A program made the position numbers and the translations under genes. This document shows, piece by piece, positions 1 to 9,638 of a DNA stretch of 64,000 nucleotides (positions are counted from its first letter, which is position 1; the number at the start of each line of letters is the position of its first letter). The notes beneath the pieces were generated by a model that saw only the letters and a list, made by a program, of their open reading frames with translations, made no database searches and was not told where the DNA came from. The DNA comes from an uncultured Verrucomicrobiae bacterium (lineage in GTDB: Bacteria > Verrucomicrobiota > Verrucomicrobiia > Limisphaerales > UBA8199), in assembly GCA_963762555.1 (NCBI GenBank), contig CAVXLO010000032.1, positions 22,392 to 86,391 on the forward strand. Reading direction: 5' to 3'.

Positions 1-1769
1 TATTGGCCGATCAGTCCGGAGACATCGAGGACAAAGCCGCTGCCTGCGACGGTCGAGGGAAGCTTGAACAGGGTGCTGAGCTTGTCGGCAAAGGCATCCG
101 GGCCGCCCATAAGCTGGATCAGCTTTTCGGGAGCCTGCTGCACATGCCAGGTGTACTGCCAGGCGTTGCCTTCGGTGTAATCAAACCCGCTGTCCCCCCC
201 GTGATTCAACTTCAGCGGGTCGAACGGGGTGCGCCAGTTGCCTTTGGTGTCGCGGCCGCGCATGAAGTGGGTTTCGGGGCAGAAGAGGTTGGTGTAATTG
301 TCGGCCCGGCGCGCGAAGAAGGCGGCATCCTCGGTCTTGCCCAGCGCCCGGGCAAACTGCGCGGCGCAATAGTCGTCATAGCAGTATTCCAGCACACGGG
401 AAACACTCTCGCCCTTGATGAGGTCAAACGGCAGATAGCCATACTTGTCATAGACATCCCAATCGGACTTCTGGTGCTTTACCGTCAAAGAGCGCTTGAT
501 ACCCTGGAAGGCGGCCTCGGCGTCAAAGTCGCGGAAGCCTTTCAGGTAGGCGTCCACCAATACGGGGATCGAGTGGTTGGCGATCATGCAGTGGTTTTCC
601 TTGCCCCATAACGTCCAGATCGGCATGTAGCCCTGGGCTTGCTGGTGGGCAACGATCGTCTGGAGGAAGCCGTTCACCCGCTCCGGGACCAGAATCGTAT
701 AGAGCGGATGCGCCGCGCGGTAGGTGTCCCACAATGAAAGCGTCGAGTAATAGGCCTTCCCGGGCGCGGTCATGACCTTGTCGTCAGCGCCGCGATACTG
801 GCCGTCCACGTCGGCAATGTTGTTGGGCTGGATAAAGAGATGATACAGGGAAGTGTAGAAGTTCTCTTTTTGCGCCCGGGAGCCCCGCACCTCGGCGCGC
901 GCCAGCAGTTCGTTCCACGCCGTCGTGGCGGCCTGGCGCACGGCGGCGAAATCCCAACCCGGCACCTCTGCCTGGAGGTTCTTCTTCGCCCCGTCAACGC
1001 TCACCGTTGAGAGGGCCACTTTGACCTGCAAGCACTCGCCGGGCTTGAAATCGAAGTCCAGCACGTAACGCGGCGCCTTTTCCCCCGGGCGGGACGGGAG
1101 CCTGGTGGCAGCCGTGTAGGGATGGTCGAACTGGATGACATAGTAGTAATGGCGCGTGACCCAGGCCCGGGTCTGGTTGTGGCCGGAGATGGTTTGCTTA
1201 TCCTCCAGGTTGACCTCGCTGCGGAGGATATGGGTCGCAAGCGCCTCCTGTTTGCTGACGATGCCGTATTGCAGGTCCACCAGCAGGCGGGCGGGGCTGG
1301 GCGCATGATAGGTATAGCGGTGGAAAGCGACGTGCGGGGAAGCGGTCAGCTCCACATCCACCCCGAAATCGGCCAGCCTCACCGCGTAGTAGCCCGGCTG
1401 GGCCTTCTGCGTCTTTTTGTCGTAGGTGCTGTGATAGTTCCCGCGTTCCGCCGCCCCGGTGAAAGGCTGGAGCTCAATGTCGCCCAGGTCGGGGCATCCC
1501 GTGCCGTTGAGATGGGTTTGTGAGAATCCCCAAATGTTCGTGTCGGCATACATGTAACCGGAACAATACCGCCAATTGCAGTTGCCGCTGTCGGGGCTGG
1601 GTTGAACCAGCCCGAAGGGATAACAGGCACCGGGAAACGTGTGCCCATTGTCGGCGCAGCCGATCAAGGGATTCACATACTGGGTGTAGTCCGTGGATGC
1701 GCCCTGGATGGGGACAACGCTCGCGAACATTATGGCCGCCAGCACCAGCAACTCGTTCTTCAGTTTCAT
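1..1769 (-). CDS. Glycoside hydrolase family 92 alpha-mannosidase, first ~589 codons (3' end lies beyond the window start)
   Basis: My own minus-strand translation from ATG 1769 stays open to position 3. It reads MKLKNELLVLAAIMFASVVPIQGAS (signal peptide) ...YVNPLIGCADNGHTFPGACYPFGLVQPSPD...GFSQTHLNGTGCPDLGD...YYSTLSLWDTYRAAHPLYTIL...YCYDDYCAAQFA...DYTEGNAWQYTWHV, which are typical GH92 blocks. It is absent from the ORF track because no stop lies inside the window. ORF 3..611 (+) is its antisense shadow. Confidence 0.85.
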   Translation of the reverse strand, partial: MKLKNELLVLAAIMFASVVPIQGASTDYTQYVNPLIGCADNGHTFPGACYPFGLVQPSPDSGNCNWRYCSGYMYADTNIWGFSQTHLNGTGCPDLGDIELQPFTGAAERGNYHSTYDKKTQKAQPGYYAVRLADFGVDVELTASPHVAFHRYTYHAPSPARLLVDLQYGIVSKQEALATHILRSEVNLEDKQTISGHNQTRAWVTRHYYYVIQFDHPYTAATRLPSRPGEKAPRYVLDFDFKPGECLQVKVALSTVSVDGAKKNLQAEVPGWDFAAVRQAATTAWNELLARAEVRGSRAQKENFYTSLYHLFIQPNNIADVDGQYRGADDKVMTAPGKAYYSTLSLWDTYRAAHPLYTILVPERVNGFLQTIVAHQQAQGYMPIWTLWGKENHCMIANHSIPVLVDAYLKGFRDFDAEAAFQGIKRSLTVKHQKSDWDVYDKYGYLPFDLIKGESVSRVLEYCYDDYCAAQFARALGKTEDAAFFARRADNYTNLFCPETHFMRGRDTKGNWRTPFDPLKLNHGGDSGFDYTEGNAWQYTWHVQQAPEKLIQLMGGPDAFADKLSTLFKLPSTVAGSGFVLDVSGLIGQ

Positions 1770-1968
1770 GATTGGCGCCAGTTAACATCGCAAACAGTTA
1801 TGCGTCAATCGAATGAGCATCTCTCATGGTTGGAGAACGCTGCAGGTCAATGAGCCTCCGGTGATCGCGAAGGGCTTCCACAAGTCGTTGGTCGAGAGGA
1901 TGCTTACTGCCCCTTCTGCCTTCTGCATTGTCTTCTGCCCCCAATGGCGGCAAGAGCCTGACGAGCAA

Positions 1969-2105
1969 TCATCCCGGCTTGAAGGTGGCGATGATCAGGT
2001 CAAGCCGTTTGCTGGTTTCCTCGGTGGAGAGGTCCCGCCCTTGATGATGAGCCAGCCGTGGTAGCCGATCTGGTCCAGCGCGGCCCAGCCAGCCTTCAGT
2101 CCAGT
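1969..2105 (-). pseudogene. ~45-codon 3' remnant resembling the C-terminus of a xylose-isomerase-like TIM-barrel sugar isomerase/epimerase
   Basis: The minus strand reads ...LKAGWAALDQIGYHGWLII.G and, one frame over, RDLSTEETSKRLDLIIATFKPG*. The ALxxIGYxGWxxIE pattern is typical of that family's end. No gene body exists upstream, because the 613-aa ORF ends there. Confidence 0.25.
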
Positions 2106-3937
2106 ATTCGCGACCGGTAGAAGATTACCGTCGAGCCGCTGTCCGTTGTGTCCGTGAAGGTAACGGTGCTCGTCGTGTTCGTGATTACCAGGTATGGCCG
2201 CCATTCGACCCCCTGCCTGGACTTCTCGATGACGTACTGGAATCCCGGTTCGCCTCGATGGGACCAAACGATGACCCCATCCGGCTGCTGTTCGACCAGA
2301 CTGATTTGTCCACTGGCAAATTGGGGCATCCCGGCTTGCAGGCTGAAGCTCTGAAGGCCGTCCAGAGTGGCCGGCAGCATCAACCCGCCCCCCGCCACAA
2401 CCGTCAGCAGACCGGACTTTCCGAATCTGGCGCCCATGGCCCGAGCTTCCTCGTAGCTGCTGCCCATCCGGGCATCCCACGCACGCACCTGGACGATGGC
2501 GTTTGATCCCGGCGGCACTGTGGGCAGCGCGACGACCTGGGGATAGAAGTAGCCGGCGCTGAAGCCGCCCTTGAAGGCGGAGGGCTGGCCCGCGGGGCGA
2601 AGCAATCCGAGGGAGCACCCGGCATAGAGCTGCGCCACGTAATTCGACCCGTTCAAAGGCGTGGAGCTGTCAATATCCAACACCGGCGCGTCCACGTTCG
2701 TGCCGTAGGTATCAAAGGATTGGTTCGCGAACCGGATCTGGCCACCGCCGGCAACGGTATCGGTCACCACCAGCCGCGCGCCCAGACTCCAGGCATTGCC
2801 GGCGTTATTCTGCACGCGGACCGAGTAAATGCCCGCATCCGTCAGGCCGAGCGAAAGGAACGCCAGGTTCCGATCGGTGGCGCCGTCGAGTCCGGCGCCG
2901 TCCTTGAACCACTGATAGCTCAGGGGCGGAGTCCCCGCCCCGACAACGCTCAAATTGTAGTAGCCGCCCACGCCGACCGTGTCGCCGTACGGCTGCCAAA
3001 GGATCACCGGCACGGCGGGCGCCTCCACTACCAGCGAAACGGGCGCGCTGGTGACCGCCCCAAACGGATTCGAGATCACGGCCTGGTAAGTCCCGGCCTG
3101 ATTGGTTGCCACCGATTCCAAAGTCAGGGTGCCGGTCGGTTGCACGGCCAGCACCGCGCCGTTGAAATACCAGGTATAGGTCAGCGGCGCCGAGCCCTTG
3201 ACTCCCACAGAGAATGCCGCCGTGCCTCCTTCGATCACGCTAGTGGAGGTGGGCTGAGTGACAAGCTGCGGCGGGGCGGTGATGGGAACGACGCTGAAGG
3301 CATCCATTTGCATGTAACCACCCAGGTTTTCGAACTTGATGCGCGTAGTGGTGTTGCTCGCATAAGCGGTGAATTCCGCCCAATGCCAGAACCAAGTCTC
3401 GTCGGCAGGGATGCTGGCCAAGCCGATCTCCTGTCCGTCCCATGTCACGCGAATCGGCCCCGCCGCCCCGGTGAGGGCGAAGCGAATGGCGTGGTTTTGC
3501 CCCGGCACCGTAGCGAAGTCCTGCCAGATTTGTGCGCCCGTCGTAAGGGCCGGCCAGGTGGTTCCGTCGGCGCCTCCGGAATAATTGACATAGGGGCCAA
3601 TTTGGCCGGACATGCCCCAGTATTGCGCGCCGACAACCCCCGTGCCTTCCCAACTCGGTTCCCGGAGCAGGTTCCCCGGCACCGGGATGCTGGCGCTTGA
3701 GACCGAGTTGTAACCCCAATAAATGGACACGTCGCCCACGGCGTCGGCGGATACCGCACCCGCCAGGTAGTAGGTCTCCCCGCCGGTCACACTGAAGCCC
3801 AGGTAGTTCGTGCCTTTAGCTACCAGCGTCAGCGCCTCGACCGCCGCGCCGCGGTAAACCGCCAGGATCACTTCCGGCACAAGGCTGCGTTCCCGAAGAA
3901 GCCGATCACCCCGTTCACTGGCGCCTGCCATTTCCAC
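2096..3937 (-). CDS. 3' segment of a ~1,750-aa secreted repeat protein: two Ig (I-set-like) modules plus a C-terminal beta module
   Basis: 613-aa ORF. It has two Ig-like modules (...QPTSTSVIEGGTAAFSVGVKGSAPLTYTWYFNG...AGTYQAVISNPFGAVTSAPVSLVV and ...LSYQWFKDG...AGIYSVRVQNNAGNAWS). The last ~70 aa end in IFYRSRILD*. Its first residues (...VILAVYRGAAVEALTLVAKG...) complete the repeat unit cut off at the end of ORF 3868..7305. Confidence 0.7.
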   Translation of the reverse strand: MEMAGASERGDRLLRERSLVPEVILAVYRGAAVEALTLVAKGTNYLGFSVTGGETYYLAGAVSADAVGDVSIYWGYNSVSSASIPVPGNLLREPSWEGTGVVGAQYWGMSGQIGPYVNYSGGADGTTWPALTTGAQIWQDFATVPGQNHAIRFALTGAAGPIRVTWDGQEIGLASIPADETWFWHWAEFTAYASNTTTRIKFENLGGYMQMDAFSVVPITAPPQLVTQPTSTSVIEGGTAAFSVGVKGSAPLTYTWYFNGAVLAVQPTGTLTLESVATNQAGTYQAVISNPFGAVTSAPVSLVVEAPAVPVILWQPYGDTVGVGGYYNLSVVGAGTPPLSYQWFKDGAGLDGATDRNLAFLSLGLTDAGIYSVRVQNNAGNAWSLGARLVVTDTVAGGGQIRFANQSFDTYGTNVDAPVLDIDSSTPLNGSNYVAQLYAGCSLGLLRPAGQPSAFKGGFSAGYFYPQVVALPTVPPGSNAIVQVRAWDARMGSSYEEARAMGARFGKSGLLTVVAGGGLMLPATLDGLQSFSLQAGMPQFASGQISLVEQQPDGVIVWSHRGEPGFQYVIEKSRQGVEWRPYLVITNTTSTVTFTDTTDSGSTVIFYRSRILD

Positions 3938-6900
3938 CAGAGGCTCTTGGCCGCCCTCGCACCCAAATGCGCCGGCTCACCCGGCTCCATCGTGGCCCCG
4001 ATCACGGAACGACGGTCGGTGGAATTCTGAGCTTTAATGACCTGGGCCAAGGCAAAGTCGTCGTTCGTGGGCGGCCCGAACGGCTCGACGCTCACTGACA
4101 AGTCAACGGCCCACCGCCCGGAATACTGGAAGTGATACACCGTCCCTTCCTCGGCCAGGAAACAGTACACCCCGTTGTCGGCCGGGACCACCCGCACGGC
4201 CGTCAACCGGTCCAGCGTCGGGCCCGTATAAATCACCATGGGGCCGCCCGGCCGGGATCCCGGCGAGAACCAAACCCGGCCCGTGAGTGGCGCCACCCAC
4301 GAAAACCAGATGGTATTCGTGGCTCCGGGGTTCGGCTCATTCGGCTCCAAGGTGCAGGCCATCGGGTCCCCATGAACCGTGACGTTCGCGCCCTCGAGGT
4401 GAACGCTGTCAGCGAAATCGTCGTTCGAAGCCGCAGTGTAAAGGATAGTTTGAAGCGTGAGGCCACCGGCCTTCGCAAAGGCGCCATCCACTTGGATCAC
4501 CAATGAGTCTCCGGCCCGAACCATCACCTCCAGGGGTCCGGTGCAGGAGAAACCCAGCGACTGAAGCTGGTCCAAAGCCATCCCGCGGTAAAGCGCGCAC
4601 ACGACGCTGTTGCTCAGGCCGGCGGCTGAAACGCGCAACAGGCCGGGTTCCGGCGCAGTGTAAGTCCACCACAGCGTGCGCCCCGCGGCATCGCAGGAAG
4701 TCGGGCGCGGTTCCCCCGGCTCGGACGAGGCGATCGAATTATCGGCGAGGACGAAATTGGTCAGGCCGGTTAACTCCAGCCGGCCGGCGAAGGCGTCATT
4801 GACCGGAATGTTCGGCAACGCCGTGAAGCTGTACGTCCCGGCGATGGTCCCGTAGAGCCCATAGGACTGGTAAGACCCGGAGATGCCGCCGCTGAACCGG
4901 AAATAGAAAGTCATGCCCGCGTAGGCTCGGAAGGCGATGCTGCCAAGATACATGCCCGATCCGCTCCCACTCCGGCTGGAAGTGATCATCGGCGCAACGA
5001 TGGCAGTGAGGCTCGAAACCGATGGCCCGGCGTAAACCGCAGCCTGGACAGTCATCCCGAGGCTGTCCGCGGTATTGAACGAGAAGTCGCCTGTCGCCGG
5101 GGCCGTCCACCGCCACCAGACCGATGCGGAGTTCTCGGACGCGCTCACCGGTTCGCCGGGTTCGCTGTTGGCGGAATTATTCGTGCCGCTGAAGCTTCCG
5201 GCGATGCCGGACAATTCGATGGCATTGGCGAAGTCATTGTTCCAAGGCGGTGGCAAAATGGAGAGGCGCACGGGACCTTGGTATCCGGACATCGCATCCA
5301 TCGCGATGTAGTAACGCTGGCCCTGGTTTACGCGGGCGACCGATGTGTATGCCGTCGTGAGCGCCACCAGGTTGGTCAGGGCATCCCCGCTGTAAACCAC
5401 CATGATCGGACCCGACTGGCTGCCCGCCGTTGAGAATTGGATGTCCCCATTCCACGGCGACACCCAGGTGAACCAGACGGAGCCCTTGGCATTGGCGTTC
5501 AGGTGGACCGGCTCCCCCGGCTCATGCGTGGCGAACGCCGTGGTGCTGTCGGCACTCGCCACCGCGTCGGGCAAGGACGGCAACTCCAGGGCGTTCGTGA
5601 AATCATCATTCGCCGGGCTGACCCACACGGTGTTCGTGTCGGACAGGCGCAGTTCACCCAGGCTGTTGGTGCCGTACGCGCTGAAAGCATAAAGCCCGGG
5701 CACATTCGTCGCCCACACCAGATGCCACGGTGGACTCCAGCCGGAAGCCACCGTATTGCTCGCGTTCATCACCAGCTCCAAATTGGCCAGCGGATGGTCG
5801 GTTTCGTAATTCGTGACCACGAGTTCCACAGGCTGAGTGACCAGCACACGCGTGGCCGGTGGGGGACTAACGAAGCGGAGCGTCGTGAGGCTGAACTGCG
5901 CGGTTAGGGCGCCGACTAAGCTGATATTGCTGTCAATCGCAATGAAATACGTTGTCCCGGCGTCGGCGTCGAAGCCCATCTCCATCGGCGCGGCGCTGGC
6001 GGTGGCGGAGGCAACCGCAACCAGGTTGCTCAAGTCTGTGCCCGTATAGACCGCTACCCTCGGCTGCGAAGGGCTGGACGTGATCCTGATGCTGGCCCGG
6101 CCGGAATAGGCCGGAGTCCAGCTCCACCACAAGGACCTCGCCGCCGTCTTGCTCGCGTGCGCCGGTTCGAAGGCTTCCGCGCTCGCCAGCGCATTGGAGC
6201 CGGTTAAGCTCGCACTGACGGCACCCGCCGGGATGGGGAGGGCATCGGCGAAATTGTCATTGGGGGGAATAATCGTTACCCAGACCACCGGCGATTCCCG
6301 CCGTTCGCCCAACGAGTTGGTGGCCACCGCGCTCAAGTTCGTCCGACACGGCATGCCAGGCGTCCAATCGAAGCTAAACGGCGCTTCGGTCGCACTCCCC
6401 AGCCAGTTGCTTGACGCGAAGTAATCCACCTGCGTCAGGACGCGATCGGTTTCCGTATTGGCGACCGCCAGGCGATACGGGCGTCCAGAGGGGATCCGCG
6501 CTTCTGCCGTCGGCTGTGTCAGAAGCAAGGTCGCCAGGTTCAGCCGGAGAGTAAGAGGCCCGGTTCCGTAGGGATAGCGCTCGTCCACCGCAATCTGGTA
6601 GGAGAGGCCCGCCTGGACGGGAAACTCCACCACGCGGTTGGTGCTGGTCATGTTGCTCGCTACCAGGCTCAGGTTGGTGAGCGTATCGCCCAGGTAAACC
6701 GCCCATCTGGTTCTTGGCACGTAGCCCACATTGGTCACAGTGAGTTGCGCGGTGCCGTCGTAGGGCGCCAGCCAGGACCACCACATCGAGTGGCGGGCTG
6801 CCAACCCGGCATGTGCCGGCTCGCCCGTTTCGGCTGTCGCATACGTGTTGGTCCCCAGCGCCACGACCTGGAGGCCGCTGACAGCCAGGCGATTAGTGAA

Positions 6901-7014
6901 CGCATCATTGGAAGGCGGGATCGTCTGGCCCACGCCGGTGAAAGCAGACAAGGAAACCACGCACCAAAGCCATGCCACTCTCACCCTGGCAGCCGCCGAA
7001 GAGATAAGCTTCAT
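3868..7014 (-). CDS. 5' segment of the same secreted repeat protein: seven ~115-aa NDxF...WWxW modules (pre-peptidase-C-terminal-like) interspersed with Ig-like modules
   Basis: ORF 3868..7305. I place the start at ATG 7014 (MKLISSAAARVRVAWLWCVVSLSAFTGVGQT, a signal peptide). Seven modules begin PSNDAFTNRL / PNDNFADALP / ANDDFTNALE / NNDFANAIEL / VNDAFAGRLE / SNDDFADSVH / TNDDFALAQV. Each contains E(P/T)GEPxH ... S(L/V)WW(S/R/K)W ... VY(T/S/A/R)G...L. Confidence 0.7.
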   Translation of the reverse strand: MKLISSAAARVRVAWLWCVVSLSAFTGVGQTIPPSNDAFTNRLAVSGLQVVALGTNTYATAETGEPAHAGLAARHSMWWSWLAPYDGTAQLTVTNVGYVPRTRWAVYLGDTLTNLSLVASNMTSTNRVVEFPVQAGLSYQIAVDERYPYGTGPLTLRLNLATLLLTQPTAEARIPSGRPYRLAVANTETDRVLTQVDYFASSNWLGSATEAPFSFDWTPGMPCRTNLSAVATNSLGERRESPVVWVTIIPPNDNFADALPIPAGAVSASLTGSNALASAEAFEPAHASKTAARSLWWSWTPAYSGRASIRITSSPSQPRVAVYTGTDLSNLVAVASATASAAPMEMGFDADAGTTYFIAIDSNISLVGALTAQFSLTTLRFVSPPPATRVLVTQPVELVVTNYETDHPLANLELVMNASNTVASGWSPPWHLVWATNVPGLYAFSAYGTNSLGELRLSDTNTVWVSPANDDFTNALELPSLPDAVASADSTTAFATHEPGEPVHLNANAKGSVWFTWVSPWNGDIQFSTAGSQSGPIMVVYSGDALTNLVALTTAYTSVARVNQGQRYYIAMDAMSGYQGPVRLSILPPPWNNDFANAIELSGIAGSFSGTNNSANSEPGEPVSASENSASVWWRWTAPATGDFSFNTADSLGMTVQAAVYAGPSVSSLTAIVAPMITSSRSGSGSGMYLGSIAFRAYAGMTFYFRFSGGISGSYQSYGLYGTIAGTYSFTALPNIPVNDAFAGRLELTGLTNFVLADNSIASSEPGEPRPTSCDAAGRTLWWTYTAPEPGLLRVSAAGLSNSVVCALYRGMALDQLQSLGFSCTGPLEVMVRAGDSLVIQVDGAFAKAGGLTLQTILYTAASNDDFADSVHLEGANVTVHGDPMACTLEPNEPNPGATNTIWFSWVAPLTGRVWFSPGSRPGGPMVIYTGPTLDRLTAVRVVPADNGVYCFLAEEGTVYHFQYSGRWAVDLSVSVEPFGPPTNDDFALAQVIKAQNSTDRRSVIGATMEPGEPAHLGARAAKSLWWKWQAPVNGVIGFFGNAALCRK

Positions 7015-7427
7015 AACGTTACTCCTATTCGAGCGGCATAATACTCGATCTACCGAAAGCTCACATTCCCGTTCCAGAGCCCGCTCGAACTGCGAGCAAT
7101 AATACCAGGAACCGTCAAGCGACTGCAAGCCCCATTCGGCGCCACGACCTGAGGCTCGAGACGTAGCCCGGGCGCTCTCGCCCGCGAGTCGGCGAGGGCG
7201 TCTCGCCTCGCCATTCCTTGGGTGCGGGCGGCAAGACGCCGCCATCCAGATCCGCTGTGGACCACTTTGTTCGATTAACCAGGCAGGCCCGATGCCAGCC
7301 GACAAAACCGCATTGGGGCGCCGCGTGAGGGCACACGGCCTACAGGGCGCTGGCCCCCCGTTGTAGGCCGCGTGCCCTCACGCGGCGTTCGGGGCTCCGG
7401 GCCGGGGCACGGGGACAGGGGACGAAT

Positions 7428-9014
7428 TCAGGCCTCGACGGATTCCTGGAGAGAAGTTTGGAGGAGCAGGATGTTTTCGAGCATGGTCCGCAGGAGTTGT
7501 TTCTGGTCGTCGGAGAGTTGCAGTTGGAGCAGGCGGCGGGTGTCGTGATCGAGGCTCTCGACCGGGGGCTGCATTTGGCGGCGCAGGCCATTGACCAGGG
7601 CACGGCCGGCGCGCGTGGACGCGGTGGACGGAGAGCGGGAGCGGAGCAGTTCGGCCTCGAGGCGTTTGCGTTCGCACTGTTCGAGTTGCAGGGCTGACTG
7701 GAGCTTAGCCACGGTGAGGTCGCTTTGCTGTCCTTGCTCGTGGAGTTGGTGTTCGATCTCAGCGAGGCGCTGGTGATCGTCCTGCTCGGCGGCGAGGTGG
7801 CTTTTGAGCTCGTCATGGAGTTGCTGCATTTGGGCGGCCAGGGTGGCGGCGCGTTGCTGGCTGCGGCGACGTTCACCGCGCTCAGTCTCCAGCTCGGCGG
7901 TAGCTCGTGCCAGGGAAGAGACGGTGGTGCGGAGGCGGCTTTCAAGCTCAAGGAGTTGGTCCTGCAAGGCCGGCTCGTCTGCGCTGGGAGCCGGCGCGGG
8001 GGCGGGCGGTGGCTGGCTTTGGGCCTGGGCACGTTGGAGCTCCTCGGCGCTCTGGGCCAGGCGCTGCTCCAGTTCGTGGAGGCGGGCTTCGGATTCGGCC
8101 CGGGCCTGTTGCTCGGCGGAGAGCCGGCTATTCAGCTCGTCGCCGGCCTGGCGGGCCTCGGCGAGCTGCGCTTCCAACCGGGTGCGCCGAGCCGTCTCCT
8201 CTTCCAGGGCGGCGGTGGCCTGCTGGGCAGTTGAGCTGGCGGCGTGAAGCTGTTCGTCCCGCTGTTGGAGATGAGCCCGGGCGCGCCGGAGGTCCGCAGC
8301 GCTTTGACTCAGGCGTTGCTTGAGTTCCTGGAGGCGGTCGTCCGAATTGGCTGGAGCCGGTTGTGCGGGGGGAGCGCCCGGCGCCAGTTGACGCTGGTTC
8401 AGAGGCTCCCGTGTGGCTACGGGAGACGGCTCCGGCGCGGCCGCTGGGGCGGTGGCTGGCAGCTCGGGCCGGGGAGCCGGTTCGGCAGGGATGCGCAGGA
8501 AGATGTCGGGGATGCTCTCGAGGTCGAGCGGAGTGGTTGCCCGCGTCCCGCGCCGCGCTGGGCTTAAGGCTGGCTGGGGAAGGCCGACCGCGCGGATTTC
8601 GGACTGGGCGACGGGAGGAGGTTTGACGTCGTGAAAGGCAATCGCCCACCAGTATCCGGCTTGTCGCTGGAGCGTAACGGCGACAGCAAACGAAGTGCCG
8701 TCTTTTCGCCGGGCAAGGGCGAAGAGCCGGGGCGGCGGCGCGCTGTCAAAGTCGGGGAGGCCCTGGTCCGGCACAAGTTGTTGCCGGATTTTATCGGCCC
8801 CGGCCAGGAGCAGGAACTCCAGTGGCTGGCCGACGAGTTCGGCCGGTTCCCGCTGGAACAGAGCGGCACAAATGGGCTGCGCGGCCACGATGAGCCCGGC
8901 CTGGTCAATCGCTACGGCGATCTCACCCCGCTCAAGCTCGGGCGGGGGATTACCGTCTGGCTGGATGGCGGCGGACCCAGCGGTATCGAACGGTGGTTTA
9001 GATAGGGACAACAT
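7428..9014 (-). CDS. PAS-domain protein with a long coiled-coil region and no recognisable output domain
   Basis: 528-aa ORF. The N-terminal ~125 aa are PAS-like (...IAVAIDQAGLIVAAQPICAALFQREPAELVGQPLEFLL...RKDGTSFAVAVTLQR...). About 300 aa of Q/A/E/R/L-rich heptad sequence follow, with repeated RL(S/A)QSA(A/E)(D/E)L(R/Q)RA(R/Q)A. Confidence 0.6.
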   Translation of the reverse strand: MLSLSKPPFDTAGSAAIQPDGNPPPELERGEIAVAIDQAGLIVAAQPICAALFQREPAELVGQPLEFLLLAGADKIRQQLVPDQGLPDFDSAPPPRLFALARRKDGTSFAVAVTLQRQAGYWWAIAFHDVKPPPVAQSEIRAVGLPQPALSPARRGTRATTPLDLESIPDIFLRIPAEPAPRPELPATAPAAAPEPSPVATREPLNQRQLAPGAPPAQPAPANSDDRLQELKQRLSQSAADLRRARAHLQQRDEQLHAASSTAQQATAALEEETARRTRLEAQLAEARQAGDELNSRLSAEQQARAESEARLHELEQRLAQSAEELQRAQAQSQPPPAPAPAPSADEPALQDQLLELESRLRTTVSSLARATAELETERGERRRSQQRAATLAAQMQQLHDELKSHLAAEQDDHQRLAEIEHQLHEQGQQSDLTVAKLQSALQLEQCERKRLEAELLRSRSPSTASTRAGRALVNGLRRQMQPPVESLDHDTRRLLQLQLSDDQKQLLRTMLENILLLQTSLQESVEA

Positions 9015-9386
9015 AGCGGGGGCGGGACTCCGGTCTTGGCATACAGCACATAACGTCGCGACTCAACACTGCCGGCCGATAAACCCCCGGACTAACAGGA
9101 GCTGCTCGGCCCAGTAGCCGGTCAGCAGCCCGCCTGCCAAGCTCGCTTACTGGACACAAACTCAAAGAGCATCGGTGAACAAGCCCAAAAGGCCATGGTG
9201 CTACCGAGCCGGAGAAACCGGAATTAGGATAGGGTGCCTCACTTTTGGGCAGGAGTCATCGCACGGAGGCTGCCTCCGTTAGATCCGGCTCGCGGGTATG
9301 AAACGGCTGGGGCAAGCGTTTCGCTCGCTACGAACAGACCTCACCCCCATGCTTGACTGCGATTGGCTCGGGGATAGTCTCCCCCC

Positions 9387-9638
9387 ATGAAGGCCAGGCC
9401 AAACGCGTCCGCCGCTGAAGAATTGGAGGGGGGTTCGATGCTGCGCGAACCAGCATCGGCCGGCCCGCTCGTCACGGACGACGGAATGGACGTCTCGTTA
9501 CTGGAAGATAGCCTGGCAAAAACACCCTGGGAGCGGATGCAGGCCAACGACGATGCGTTGCGCTTCGCCGATTCGCTCCGCGCCGCGATGGAGAAACGCA
9601 ATGCAAAACCTCAGCGAACTGACGCGCAGGCTCGTTGA
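9387..9638 (+). CDS. Small protein upstream of, and overlapping, the nucleotidyltransferase gene (possible cognate TA partner)
   Basis: 83-aa ORF (...SLLEDSLAKTPWERMQANDDALRFADSLRAAMEKRN...). It overlaps the ATG at 9601 of the next gene. I saw no HEPN Rx4-6H motif. Confidence 0.4.
   Translation: MKARPNASAAEELEGGSMLREPASAGPLVTDDGMDVSLLEDSLAKTPWERMQANDDALRFADSLRAAMEKRNAKPQRTDAQAR

Noticed and set aside
3868-3937. The 70-nt overlap of two ORFs, considered as programmed ribosomal frameshifting.
   Set aside because: I saw no slippery heptamer or downstream structure. The same kind of break occurs ~35 times in unrelated genes across the window, so an indel (sequencing error or mutation) is the simpler explanation.
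7340-8649. Multiple overlapping ORFs on both strands inside the PAS/coiled-coil gene (for example 7340..8032, 7725..8234 and 8128..8649).
   Set aside because: These are low-complexity, alternative-frame products of the repetitive GC-rich coiled-coil coding sequence. Only the 7428..9014 frame gives a PAS fold and heptad periodicity.
9015-9386. A 370-nt gene-free interval inspected for a structured ncRNA or riboswitch.
   Set aside because: I recognised no conserved RNA motif (SRP, 6S, tmRNA, RNase P or common riboswitch cores). A covariance-model scan (Rfam/Infernal) would be needed to exclude one.
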